Shown: in pieces, positions 10,468-20,488 of the stretch
Numbering within the stretch: the first letter of the stretch is position 1
Layout: every line of letters begins with the position of its first letter
Assembly: GCA_963663165.1 (NCBI GenBank)
Contig: OY760175.1
Span: forward strand, 4,224,001-4,288,000
Length of the DNA: 64,000 nt
Direction of reading: 5' to 3'
Source: an uncultured Desulfospira sp.
GTDB taxonomy: Bacteria > Desulfobacterota > Desulfobacteria > Desulfobacterales > Desulfobacteraceae
Translations under genes and position numbers: made by a program
Notes under the pieces: model-generated
Seen by the model: only the letters and a program-made list of their open reading frames with translations
Database searches by the model: none
What the model was told of the DNA's origin: nothing

Positions 10468-11724
10468 ATGGACCTTACAAGGCAGCAGCAGGAAATGCTG
10501 GATGGAAAGCACGGTCGCGGCATGGCCAAAGCCATGGAAATTCTATTGGCTTACGGGAAATGCTACGACGCCAAGCGGTTGATCCCGGTTACCAGCGTTC
10601 ATATCGCCGGCAATTTTTCGGTACTGTTTGAGGAGGGGGTTGAGTGGCTGGAAACCCTGGCCGATGAGGGGGCAAAGGTTTGCGTGTTCACCACCAAAAA
10701 CCCCGAGTTGTACGATCCCGAACAGGTCGACGAGATGAACATTCCCGAGCATTACCGCAACATGCAGGAAAGAATCCGTGATGCCGTCCAGAAGATGGGC
10801 ATTACCCCGACCTATTCCTGCCACCATTATCTGGTGGGCAATGCCCCCCGGTTCGGGGATCACATTGCCTGGGCCTCATCGGGCAGCCAGGTGTTTGCCA
10901 ACTCCGTCATTGGGGCCCGGTCCAACCGGGACGGCGACCATGTGGCTTTAGCCGCGGCCATCACCGGTGTCATTCCCGAATGGGGAATGCACCTGGATGA
11001 AAACCGGAAAGCCGATGTGCTGATTGATGTGGCCGGCCTTGACATAGAAAATTACGGACCCGCCGATTTCAAGGCCCTGGGCTGGCACCTGGGCAAAACC
11101 GTAAGTTCGGGGATTCCCGCGTTTGTCAACCTGCCGCCGGATCTGCACATCGAAAAGATCAAGGGGCTGTTATATACCATGACGGTTACCGGTGCCGCAG
11201 GGCTGATTCACCTGGTGGGCATCACCCCGGAGGCCCCGACGGTGGAGGCCGCTTTTGGCGGCAAGGTCCCGGATGTCCCGGCCATCATGCCGACACAGGC
11301 GGATGTGGACCTGGCCTATACCCAGATTTCCTGCGCCGACTCCGACAAGATTGAATTTGTCCTGTTCGGGTGTCCCCAGTGCAGTATTCAGGAGGTTCAG
11401 GAGATCGCTCAGTTGCTGGACGGCCGGAAAATTCATCCGGATACCCAGTTGTGGGTCTGTACGTCCCGGTGGGTTAAAACCCTTTGCGAGCGCATGGGGT
11501 TGCTGGAAACCCTTTCCCGGTCAGGCGTCCGGGTGGCCAGCGACATCGGCGCCAACTCCCCCCATATCTATTTAAAGGAGCAGGGGGTCCGGGTGGTGGC
11601 GCTCAATTCGGCAAGGGCCTGCTATTATACCCACAATCTGTCAGGGCTGCAGACATGGTTTGGTTCCACTCAGGAATGCATTGAGTCTGCCATATCCGGA
11701 AAATGGGAGGGAAGAAAAAAATGA
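10468..11724 (+). CDS. Aconitase X large (catalytic) subunit, DUF521
   Basis: MDLTRQQQEMLDGKHG, FANSVIGARSNR, HLVGITPEA and FGCP motifs; AGGAGG precedes ATG 10468. Confidence 0.88.
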   Translation: MDLTRQQQEMLDGKHGRGMAKAMEILLAYGKCYDAKRLIPVTSVHIAGNFSVLFEEGVEWLETLADEGAKVCVFTTKNPELYDPEQVDEMNIPEHYRNMQERIRDAVQKMGITPTYSCHHYLVGNAPRFGDHIAWASSGSQVFANSVIGARSNRDGDHVALAAAITGVIPEWGMHLDENRKADVLIDVAGLDIENYGPADFKALGWHLGKTVSSGIPAFVNLPPDLHIEKIKGLLYTMTVTGAAGLIHLVGITPEAPTVEAAFGGKVPDVPAIMPTQADVDLAYTQISCADSDKIEFVLFGCPQCSIQEVQEIAQLLDGRKIHPDTQLWVCTSRWVKTLCERMGLLETLSRSGVRVASDIGANSPHIYLKEQGVRVVALNSARACYYTHNLSGLQTWFGSTQECIESAISGKWEGRKK

Positions 11725-12122
11725 AACTGAAAGCCAAACCTGTAACCAGAGGCGTGGCCGAAGGAGAGGCCATGGTAACCCAAATGGCCATCTCGTTTAC
11801 CGGGGGAATGGATCCGGATACCGGCATCATCAGAGAACCCGGCCACGAGCTTGAAGGGCAGTCCGTGGCCGGCAAAATCCTGGTCTTTCCCACGGGAAAA
11901 GGGTCCACCACCGGGTCATGGCAGTATTACGCGGCCTATAAACGGGGCAATGCCCCATTGGGCATCATTAACCGGGTGGTTGAGGGTGTGGTGGCCGTCA
12001 GCGCCATTATCACCGACACCCCCATGGTGCATCAACTGGAACAAGACCCCATGGAATGTATTAAAACCGGAGACTGGGTATGCATTGATGCCGATAACGG
12101 GGTTGTGGAAATTGTTAAATAG
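11721..12122 (+). CDS. Aconitase X small (swivel) subunit, DUF126
   Basis: ISFTGGMDPDTG, GHELEGQSVAGKILVFPTGKGST motifs; ATGA overlap with the large subunit. Confidence 0.9.
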   Translation: MKLKAKPVTRGVAEGEAMVTQMAISFTGGMDPDTGIIREPGHELEGQSVAGKILVFPTGKGSTTGSWQYYAAYKRGNAPLGIINRVVEGVVAVSAIITDTPMVHQLEQDPMECIKTGDWVCIDADNGVVEIVK

Positions 12123-12130
12123 TGTCTGGA

Positions 12131-12157
12131 CGGCCCGTCAGGATTTCTGACGGGCCG
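12131..12157 (+). other. 11-bp GC-rich stem-loop between acnX and dctP
   Basis: CGGCCCGTCAG-5 nt-CTGACGGGCCG; no U tract follows. Confidence 0.55.
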
Positions 12158-12266
12158 CCCGGAAATCGGTTCTTAACGCAATGGAAATATAACGCTTAAA
12201 GCTGTAGGAAGGAAGAAGGACAAATAACATCATTTATTAACCCAAAAAAACCAAGGGGGAAGTAAC

Positions 12267-13361
12267 ATGAAAGCGACCAAAATTTTTAATTTTTCAAGCA
12301 TCTTGTGTCTGGTTATTCTTTTTTTGGCATCCGTTGTAACAACATCTTTTGCGGCTTCTGACAAACCCATCAAACTGACATTCTCCACGGTATTTCCTCC
12401 TGTTCATTTTCATACGAAACTCAACCGCCTCTTTTGTGACGAGATCGCCAAAAAAACCAATGGAAGGGTCGAAATCACAATTTATCCCGGATCCACACTG
12501 ACCTCTGCCACCAAAAATTTCGAAGGGGTTGTCAAAGGCCTTTCAGACATGGGCATGTCCTGTCCGCTATACGTTGCCGGCCGTTTCCCGGTCAGTGAAA
12601 TTTTTGAAATGCCGTCCAAACTGGATCACGCATGGGTGACGGCAAAAGTCTATACGGATCTGTTTAATAAGTTCAAGCTTAAAGAATACGAACAGGTCCA
12701 TGTCCTCTATCTTCATGGCCCGAGCCGGAACGTGATCTCCACCCGGTCCGTTCCCGTGCGCAGTCTGGCCGATTTGAAAGGGCTGCTCATACGCAGCAGC
12801 GGCGGTGCCGCCTCTACAGTGGCCGCCTTTGGTGCCATCCCCCGGGCCATGCACATGGGCGAAGCCTACGCCGCCCTGTCCAAAGGGGTTGTGGAAGGCC
12901 AGTTCTCCTCTCCGGAATCCTTAAAGGGATGGAAGCATGCCGACGTGGTCAATTACGCCACCATTACCCCCGTCTCCACATCCAGCTGCCAGTATGTGGT
13001 CATCAACAAGAAAAAATGGGACGCCATGCCGGCGGATATCCAGAAAATTTTCACCGAAGTGAGCGCCAACTACCCGGCCTACCACGGACATGTCTGGGCG
13101 TATCTGGACAACCTGGGGTTTGAGTACTTAAAATCCCTTCCCGGTCGGGAACTGATCACCATTTCAAAGGATCAGGAACCCGAATGGCAGGCGGCAGTCC
13201 AGCCGGTCATCGAAAAATACATCAAAGAAAAAACCGCCATGGGCCTTCCGGCCAAAGAATACCTGGATTACTTCAACGAGCGTGTGGCCTATTGGTCTGC
13301 CAAAAAGCCGAGCCTGGAAGAGTCTAATGCCTGGGTGGAAGCGAACCTGCCCAAGGATTAA
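12267..13361 (+). CDS. dctP: TRAP transporter solute-binding protein
   Basis: Signal peptide; TNGRVEITIYPG, DLKGLLIR and EAYAALSKGVVEG motifs. Confidence 0.9.
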   Translation: MKATKIFNFSSILCLVILFLASVVTTSFAASDKPIKLTFSTVFPPVHFHTKLNRLFCDEIAKKTNGRVEITIYPGSTLTSATKNFEGVVKGLSDMGMSCPLYVAGRFPVSEIFEMPSKLDHAWVTAKVYTDLFNKFKLKEYEQVHVLYLHGPSRNVISTRSVPVRSLADLKGLLIRSSGGAASTVAAFGAIPRAMHMGEAYAALSKGVVEGQFSSPESLKGWKHADVVNYATITPVSTSSCQYVVINKKKWDAMPADIQKIFTEVSANYPAYHGHVWAYLDNLGFEYLKSLPGRELITISKDQEPEWQAAVQPVIEKYIKEKTAMGLPAKEYLDYFNERVAYWSAKKPSLEESNAWVEANLPKD

Positions 13362-13469
13362 TGCTTGAAAGCCGTTAGCGTTTAGCTGTCAGCCGTCAGC
13401 CTTTGGGTTCGCCTTATGGGCTGACGGCTTTCATAAAATCGTGCTTCGATGTTCTTGAAAGGGTTCGCC

Positions 13470-13955
13470 ATGAAAAAAATAGAGTCTTTGATGGACCGTA
13501 TCAGCTATGGGTTCGAGCTCATCGCCCTGATGGCATTGACGGTGATGTTGATCCTGGTGACCGTGGATATTCTGGGGGGCAAAATGTTTTCCCGGCCCGT
13601 GCCCGGCGCCATGGACCTGACCTCTTTGCTCAGTCTGCTGGTGATCGGGTTTGCCATGCCCCGTTCTTATCAAATGGGGCGCCATATCAAGGTGGATTTC
13701 GGGGCCGGCCTGATGCCGGAAAAGGTCCTTTGGGTCACCCGGTTTCTGAGTATAAGCCTGTGCGGGCTGTTTTTTGCCTTTATTATACGGCGAATGTTTC
13801 TTTATGCCGGCGACCTGCTGGAATACGGGGAAAAATCCCTTACCGTAAAAATTGCCTTGTACCCGTTTGGCTATGCCCTGGCAGTGGCTTTTTTACCCCT
13901 GCTGGTCATTGTTTTGCTCCAACTGATCAACCACTGCAAAAAATCGGGAGAATAA
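13470..13955 (+). CDS. dctQ: TRAP transporter small permease
   Basis: Four hydrophobic segments and the HIKVD motif. Confidence 0.87.
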   Translation: MKKIESLMDRISYGFELIALMALTVMLILVTVDILGGKMFSRPVPGAMDLTSLLSLLVIGFAMPRSYQMGRHIKVDFGAGLMPEKVLWVTRFLSISLCGLFFAFIIRRMFLYAGDLLEYGEKSLTVKIALYPFGYALAVAFLPLLVIVLLQLINHCKKSGE

Positions 13956-15263
13956 ATGGATCCTGTTATTGTCGGTATTCTGGGGATTGTTGTACTGGTG
14001 GTGCTTTTTTTAATTGAATTTCCCGTTGCCTTTGCCATGGGGTTTGTTGGGTTCGTGGGGTTCGGCTTTCTGACCAATTTCAATGCCGGTCTTGACATGC
14101 TGGCCATTGATATTTTTGAAAGCTTTTCTTCTTACAGCCTTACCGTTATCCCCATGTTTGTGTTCATGGGGTGTATTGCCTTTGAGATCGGCATGAGCAA
14201 GCGGTTGTTTGACGCTTCCTTTGCCATTTTCGGCAACATGCGGGGCGGCCTTTCCATTGCCGCCATCATGTCCTGCGCTGGATTTGCCGCCATCTGCGGG
14301 TCCACTAATGCCACGGCCGCCGCCATGGGAGCCGTGGCCCTTCCGGAAATGAAACGGTATGATTACGATGACTCCCTGGCCACCGGCTGTATCGCCGCTG
14401 CCGGCAGTCTCGGCATCCTGATCCCGCCCAGTGCCCTGCTCATTGTCTTTGGCATCATGACCGAAGAGTCCATCGGCAAGCTGTTCATCGCAGGGGTCCT
14501 GCCCGGCATCATGCTGGCGGCCCTGTTTGTTTTAACGGCCCAGATACTGTGCCGGATCAACCCCAAATTAGGCCCGGCCGGTGCCTCCACCACCATTAAA
14601 GAAAAACTTAAGGCCATTTTTGCGGTGGGCGAAGTGCTGATTTTGTTTTTTCTGGTGCTCGGCGGCCTGTTCGCCGGCTGGTTCAGCCCCACCCAGGCCG
14701 GCGGGGCCGGTTCAGCCGGTGTGATCCTGGTGGGACTGCTGCGCCGCCGCCTCACCTTTGAAAAGTTTATCAAGGCCGGGCGGGACACCCTGATGATCAC
14801 CTGCATGGTCATGTTCATTGTTGCCGGGGGCATGATATTCGGCCATTTCATTGCCGTTACCAAAATTCCGTTTATCCTGTCGGACTGGGTGATCTCCCTT
14901 GATTTTCCGCCCATGGTCATCATGGGGGTCATTGTCTTTGTTCACCTGATCGGCGGCTGTTTCATGGACGGGTTCGGGCTGATTGTGCTGACCGTTCCCA
15001 TTCTGCTGCCCATTGTCAAGAGCCTTGGCATTGATGTCTACTGGTTCGGCATCATCATTGTTTTAATCTGTGAAATGGGGACCATTACCCCGCCGGTGGG
15101 CGTCAATGTGTATGTGATCAAGGCTGTGGCAGGGTCTGATGTGTCACTGGCAACCATTTTCAAAGGCATTATGCCCTTTCTTTTCGCCTTGATTGCGGCC
15201 GTGCTTTTGCTCATGGTCTTTCCACAAATTGTTACCTATCTGCCCAGCATCGCGACCTATTGA
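13956..15263 (+). CDS. dctM: TRAP transporter large permease
   Basis: GSLGILIPPS, ESIGKLFIAG and ITPPVGVN motifs. Confidence 0.92.
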   Translation: MDPVIVGILGIVVLVVLFLIEFPVAFAMGFVGFVGFGFLTNFNAGLDMLAIDIFESFSSYSLTVIPMFVFMGCIAFEIGMSKRLFDASFAIFGNMRGGLSIAAIMSCAGFAAICGSTNATAAAMGAVALPEMKRYDYDDSLATGCIAAAGSLGILIPPSALLIVFGIMTEESIGKLFIAGVLPGIMLAALFVLTAQILCRINPKLGPAGASTTIKEKLKAIFAVGEVLILFFLVLGGLFAGWFSPTQAGGAGSAGVILVGLLRRRLTFEKFIKAGRDTLMITCMVMFIVAGGMIFGHFIAVTKIPFILSDWVISLDFPPMVIMGVIVFVHLIGGCFMDGFGLIVLTVPILLPIVKSLGIDVYWFGIIIVLICEMGTITPPVGVNVYVIKAVAGSDVSLATIFKGIMPFLFALIAAVLLLMVFPQIVTYLPSIATY

Positions 15264-15385
15264 ATGGAAAGGCTGAAGGGGTTTCGGCTGAAGGCTGTCA
15301 GGGATGCAGGGCCCTTCCCTTTAAAACCGTCCGGTTTTTGCCCGTTTAGATTATGACCGTTATTAAAGTAGAAAGGACTCACCAT

Positions 15386-17380
15386 ATGATTCCCTATAAA
15401 AAATTGTTTGAACCGGTTACCATTGGCCGCCTGGAAATCAAGAACCGGTATGCCATGGCCCCCATGGGCCCTTTGGGGCTCTCCGATGCCCAGGGCGGCT
15501 GGAACCAGAGAGGCATTGATTATTACACGGCCAGGGCCCGGGGCGGGACCGGCCTTTTAATCACCGGCGTCACCTTTGTGGACAATGTGGTTGAAAAGCA
15601 CGGCATGGGCCATGTGCCCTGCTCCACCCATGACCCGGTCCATTTTGTCCGGACGGGGAAGGAGATGACCGAACGAATCCATGCCTATGATGCCCGGATC
15701 TTTTTGCAGATGTCCGGGGGATTCGGCCGGGTCACCGTGCCCACCAACATGGGGGAACATCCGCCGGTGGCCCCCTCGGCCATCCCCCACCGCTGGCTGG
15801 ACAAAACCTGCCGGCCCATGGAAATCAAAGAGATCCTTCATATCGTTGAGATGTTCGGCCAGGGGGCGTTTCATGCCCAGCGGGCCGGGTTTGACGGGGT
15901 CCAGATCCATGCCGTGCATGAGGGGTATCTCATTGACCAGTTTGCCATCTCCTTTTTCAACCGGCGCACGGACGAATACGGCGGCTCCCTGGCCAATCGG
16001 CTCAGGTTTGCCCGGCAGGTGGTGGAAAAAATCAAGGAGACCTGCGGGGATGATTTTCCCGTGACCCTGCGCTACAGCCCCAAAAGCTTTATCAAAGACT
16101 TTAAATCCGGCGCCCTGCCCGGCGAAGAATTTGAAGAAAAGGGCCGGGACATTGACGAGGGGATTGAGGCGGCCAAACTCCTGGTTCAATACGGGTATGA
16201 CAGCCTGGATGTGGATGTGGGCTCTTACGATGCCTGGTGGTGGAGCCATCCGCCCATGTACCAGGACAAGGGGCTTTACATGCCTTTTGCCAGGGCCATG
16301 AAGGAGAATGTGGATGCCCCCATCATCTGTGCCGGCCGAATGGACGATCCGGCCACGGCGCTTAAAGCCGTTGAAGAGGGCGTCTGCGATATGGTGAGCT
16401 TAGGCCGTCCCCTGCTGGCCGACCCGGATTATGTGAACAAGGTCATGTGCAACGACGTTGCCGCCATCCGGCCGTGCATCTCCTGCCAGGAGGGATGTAT
16501 GGGAAGGGTCCAGACCTATGCGGCCTTAAACTGTGCCGTGAATCCCCAGACCTGCCGGGAACGGGTCGCGGCCTACCAGCCTGTTTTAAAGAAAAAGCGG
16601 GTGCTGATCGTGGGCGGCGGTGTGGCCGGGTGTGAAGCGGCAAGAGTCCTGGCCACAAGGGGCCATGAACCGGTGCTGTATGAAAAATCCGGCACCCTGG
16701 GGGGGCACCTGATTCCCGGGGGGGCACCGGACTTCAAGCACGATGACATTGCCCTGGTGAACTGGTACACCCGCCAGCTGGAGACCCTGGGGGTGCCGGT
16801 CCATTTAAATACCGCCCTGGATGAGTCTTTTGTGTTGTCCAACGCCTTTGACGCGGTCGTCATTGCTACGGGCTCAAAGCCCAATATCCTCTCTTTGGGG
16901 GATGATGATAAGGTGTTCACCGCCGAACAGGTGCTGTTAAACCAGAAAGATCCCGGGGCCTGCACCGTGGTCATGGGCGGCGGTCTGATCGGGTGTGAAA
17001 CCGCCCTGTGGCTGGCCCGGCAGGGCAAGCGCGTCACCATAGTGGAGCAGATGGATGAGATTCTCTCCGTAAACGGCCCCCTGTGCCATGCCAACAGTGA
17101 AATGCTCGAAGCGTTGATTCCCTATAACGGCATCGAGGTTAAAACCGGCACCCGGGTGACCTCATTTGAGAACGGTACACTGGGCCTTACAACCCACGGA
17201 CAGGAAAGCCGGATGCCGTGTGACAGTGTGATCCTGGCCGTGGGGTATCATCCGGACAACAGCCTGTACCAGGCCATTCGCTTTAAGGTTCCCAACACCT
17301 GGGTGCTGGGGGATGCCAGGCGGGTGAGCAATATCATGTACGCCATCTGGGATGCCTTTGAGGTGGCCAACGGGATTTAA
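15386..17380 (+). CDS. NADH:flavin oxidoreductase / 2-enoate-reductase-like protein (old yellow enzyme barrel, 4Fe-4S, FAD)
   Basis: NRYAMAPM, HAVHEGYL, CISCQEGC...C and GGGVAG motifs. Confidence 0.88.
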   Translation: MIPYKKLFEPVTIGRLEIKNRYAMAPMGPLGLSDAQGGWNQRGIDYYTARARGGTGLLITGVTFVDNVVEKHGMGHVPCSTHDPVHFVRTGKEMTERIHAYDARIFLQMSGGFGRVTVPTNMGEHPPVAPSAIPHRWLDKTCRPMEIKEILHIVEMFGQGAFHAQRAGFDGVQIHAVHEGYLIDQFAISFFNRRTDEYGGSLANRLRFARQVVEKIKETCGDDFPVTLRYSPKSFIKDFKSGALPGEEFEEKGRDIDEGIEAAKLLVQYGYDSLDVDVGSYDAWWWSHPPMYQDKGLYMPFARAMKENVDAPIICAGRMDDPATALKAVEEGVCDMVSLGRPLLADPDYVNKVMCNDVAAIRPCISCQEGCMGRVQTYAALNCAVNPQTCRERVAAYQPVLKKKRVLIVGGGVAGCEAARVLATRGHEPVLYEKSGTLGGHLIPGGAPDFKHDDIALVNWYTRQLETLGVPVHLNTALDESFVLSNAFDAVVIATGSKPNILSLGDDDKVFTAEQVLLNQKDPGACTVVMGGGLIGCETALWLARQGKRVTIVEQMDEILSVNGPLCHANSEMLEALIPYNGIEVKTGTRVTSFENGTLGLTTHGQESRMPCDSVILAVGYHPDNSLYQAIRFKVPNTWVLGDARRVSNIMYAIWDAFEVANGI

Positions 17381-17483
17381 ACCGGGGCCCTTGAGACCAT
17401 AAATGCCCATAAGGAGATCGCCGTTGACCTGAACCCGGAGCCGGCGGCAAACGTCCCTCTTTACCGTGATATCCGCGATCTCC

Positions 17484-18008
17484 TTAAGGGCGTTCCCCCA
17501 TCTGTTTTTTGACTTCGGCGACCAATTGCTGATGCCGATGGTTGTCCGGGTCGGCCAGAAGCGCTTTCTCCCCCCAATCCAGTGCTTTTGGAAAATCCTT
17601 TTGCTGGCGGTAGTTTTCGGCAATCGCATACAGCACATGCTTCAGCGGTGCGTTCCGGCGTTCAGGTGAAAAATCCAATACCGTTTTAAAATCAGCCACA
17701 GCAAGGTCATGATTTTTTTTAACCGTATAACAGCTTCCCCGTCCAATAAGGCTTTCTTCGTCGTAGGGGTCTAAAGTCAAGGCGCTGGAATAAAACCGGA
17801 CGGCATCATCGAGCCGGTCCTCTATTTCGCAGATTTTACCCAGATAAAAATAGGGGTTGTCCCCATCTTCATGGCGGTAGAACGGGTCCATTTTGACAAC
17901 GGTCTCAAAGGCCCGTACGGCACCGATTCCGTCGGGTTTATGGAAACATCTTAACCCCTCATTGAACCATTCGGTCACAGAGCGGTTCTCTTCTGTATTC
18001 ATTGGCAA
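17484..18008 (-). CDS. Tetratricopeptide-repeat protein
   Basis: Repeated TPR-like helices (YFYLG...A...ALTLDP; ALLADPDN). Confidence 0.8.
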   Translation of the reverse strand: MPMNTEENRSVTEWFNEGLRCFHKPDGIGAVRAFETVVKMDPFYRHEDGDNPYFYLGKICEIEDRLDDAVRFYSSALTLDPYDEESLIGRGSCYTVKKNHDLAVADFKTVLDFSPERRNAPLKHVLYAIAENYRQQKDFPKALDWGEKALLADPDNHRHQQLVAEVKKQMGERP

Positions 18009-18328
18009 CCCCGTATGATAAAAATTAACTTCAAGGGCATCATACCATTTTTTATTTCAGGCGCAACCCGGAACCCGGAATGTGTCAGGGCAATCGCATG
18101 CAAAAAAGCAGTCCATCCCGGAATGAAAGATAAGGTTCAACCGAACAAGCCCCCCGCTGACGCCGGTTTCAGTGCGGACCCGGTTTCCTGTGTGCTTCAA
18201 ATCCAAGGGGCGATAATTCAGGGGGAATTTCCCTTCCATTTTTTTTAAATAAAGCATATAGTTAGAAAATCGCACAAATTCTCACATGAAATCATCCTTT
18301 CATCATGGACAATCAAAACTGGAGGTTA

Positions 18329-19900
18329 ATGATGGCGAAATTATCAAGTGTATTAACTCAAGATAATCAGGAGGAAGAGTCGCAGGGTACCGGTTTTGCA
18401 CGCCGAACGGATTTCAGATGGTTGGCATTGGGCATCGCCATCTTTCTTTTTGTATTGCTGGTTCTTCCCATGCCGGATTCCATGTTGGAGAAGGCCTTTT
18501 CAATATATTCCGGATTAACGCCGCAGGCCCAGGCCGGGACATCGGTTGAAATTATGGCAAACCATATTAAAGTGATCATTGCACTTCTTGCCATGTGCGT
18601 GGTGTTCTTTGCCACCGAAGCGGTTCCCTTACCGGCCGTGGCGCTTTCAATCGGTTTGATCCAACTGTTTTTCGGCACCACACCGCCCATGCGGATTGTG
18701 CAAACCTATGCGCATGATGCGGTCTGGTTTATTGCAGGATCTCTTGCCATTGGCGCCACCCTGGTAAAATACGGACTTGATAAGCGTATCGGCATGCTGG
18801 TGATGAAATGGTCCGGCACCAATGTTCGGCGAATCATTGTCGGGATCATTATCGGCACGGCCTTTCCAGCGGCCTTTATTGGAGAACACGCGGTGGCCGG
18901 CATGTATCTGCCTTTGGCCGTTGCTCTTTTTACGCTGACGAGTAAAAAAACAGATTGTCCGAATTTAGGTAAACTTCTGACCCTTACAATCGCTTTCGGT
19001 TGCATGATCGGCGGCCCCATGTCGCCCACAGGCGGAGCGCGAAATGCGATTATGATCGGATTTTTAACCGATTTCAATATTGAGGTCTCTTTTATCCAGT
19101 GGATCAGCATGGGCATCAGTTACACACTGCTGATGTCCGTTGTGATGTCTTTCATCCTGCCGTTCTTAATCAAACCGGAGACCGATGATCTCTCCTATGC
19201 CGTGTCTGTTCTTAAGCAGGATCTGGAGAAACACGGGAAGGTGACCGGTAAACAATGGCTGGTGGCAGGCATCATGGGGCTGGTCGTTTTTATGTGGATT
19301 ACTGATAAAAGCTTAATTCGGGACCTTTTGGGTTTTTCCCTGGGTCTGGGCGGTATTGCCATATTGGGTGCCGTACTATACATGCTGCTGGGTCTGACCA
19401 CCTGGGTGGATTATGAAGAGGGAATCAGCTGGGGCGTGGTTGTCCTCTATGCGGGGGCCATTTCGCTGGGTTCGGCATTTAAAGCCACGGGTGCCGCGGC
19501 ATGGTTGGCGGACCAGATCATGGTACTGGTGGCGCCTTTGGGGATAAAATCCGGAATTCCGCTGGTCATTCTGGCGGTTTTTGTCGGGGCGGGGTTGACC
19601 AACCTCATGAGCGCCGGCGCCACCGTCGCGGTGATCGGCCCTGTCATCATCGGCATGGCGGAATCCTCGGGCACCAACCCTTTAATTGTTGGAATCGCCC
19701 TGGCCATCTCCTCTTCCGCAGCGTTCTGGCTGGTCATCGGGACACCGGCCAGTTCCATTGTTTACAGCAGCGGGCTGCTCTCCTCAAAAGATTTTATCCG
19801 GGGCGCAAGTTTGGCCTGGCCGGCGGCGGTTCTCGTCATTATCGGCATGATTATTTTCTACTGGATCCCAGTTTTAGGCATCCCTATCGGTTTAAATTAA
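18329..19900 (+). CDS. DASS/SLC13 anion:sodium symporter
   Basis: FFATEAVPL, GGPMSPTGGARN, ISWGVVVLYAG and TNLMSAGA motifs. Confidence 0.88.
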   Translation: MMAKLSSVLTQDNQEEESQGTGFARRTDFRWLALGIAIFLFVLLVLPMPDSMLEKAFSIYSGLTPQAQAGTSVEIMANHIKVIIALLAMCVVFFATEAVPLPAVALSIGLIQLFFGTTPPMRIVQTYAHDAVWFIAGSLAIGATLVKYGLDKRIGMLVMKWSGTNVRRIIVGIIIGTAFPAAFIGEHAVAGMYLPLAVALFTLTSKKTDCPNLGKLLTLTIAFGCMIGGPMSPTGGARNAIMIGFLTDFNIEVSFIQWISMGISYTLLMSVVMSFILPFLIKPETDDLSYAVSVLKQDLEKHGKVTGKQWLVAGIMGLVVFMWITDKSLIRDLLGFSLGLGGIAILGAVLYMLLGLTTWVDYEEGISWGVVVLYAGAISLGSAFKATGAAAWLADQIMVLVAPLGIKSGIPLVILAVFVGAGLTNLMSAGATVAVIGPVIIGMAESSGTNPLIVGIALAISSSAAFWLVIGTPASSIVYSSGLLSSKDFIRGASLAWPAAVLVIIGMIIFYWIPVLGIPIGLN

Positions 19901-19925
19901 TCCATTTAATCAAAGGGCAGACCCT

Positions 19926-20288
19926 ATGACATATGTACTGTTTTTTGTTATCTGCGTAACCTTGAGTTTAATTTTTTTTATCGGTCGAAACAAAAGACTC
20001 GGTGAATTTCACCAGGATTTTACATTAGAAGCGGAAAAACGAAACGCCTGTAAAACAGAGCGGTATATGTCTTTCAGAGACGTTCAGGAAACCCAGCATG
20101 CCTTAAAGCGCAAAATTGAAAACAGCCTTGAAGATGGGGAACATAAGGAGCTGCTCCTGGATATCGTCACCGAATGGGCACAGCTGCGGATCAAGGCGTT
20201 TCAGGACCGACGCTCCTGGTTAAGAAAACCGGAATCCCATGACGTGCAATCACCCGTCGTCCAGTCCCATGGCAAGATAGAACATTAG
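19926..20288 (+). CDS. Hypothetical membrane-anchored protein
   Basis: One N-terminal hydrophobic helix followed by a charged helical region; directly follows the DASS gene. Confidence 0.6.
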   Translation: MTYVLFFVICVTLSLIFFIGRNKRLGEFHQDFTLEAEKRNACKTERYMSFRDVQETQHALKRKIENSLEDGEHKELLLDIVTEWAQLRIKAFQDRRSWLRKPESHDVQSPVVQSHGKIEH

Positions 20289-20488
20289 TGCCGGCAGGGG
20301 TAGCGGGGTCCAATGGGGCCTGGTCCAAACCGAACAAAGATCGGGCCGGGCCGGACCAGATCGTAGACCCCCTGGAAACAGCTCCCAGTGACCTTAAGCC
20401 AGGAGCCCGTTTTTTGTGCCCGCCGGGATTTGGCTTTCGGTGTGCGGTCTCCCCTCATCCGGTCTTCATTTTATACATCAAGCTGACG

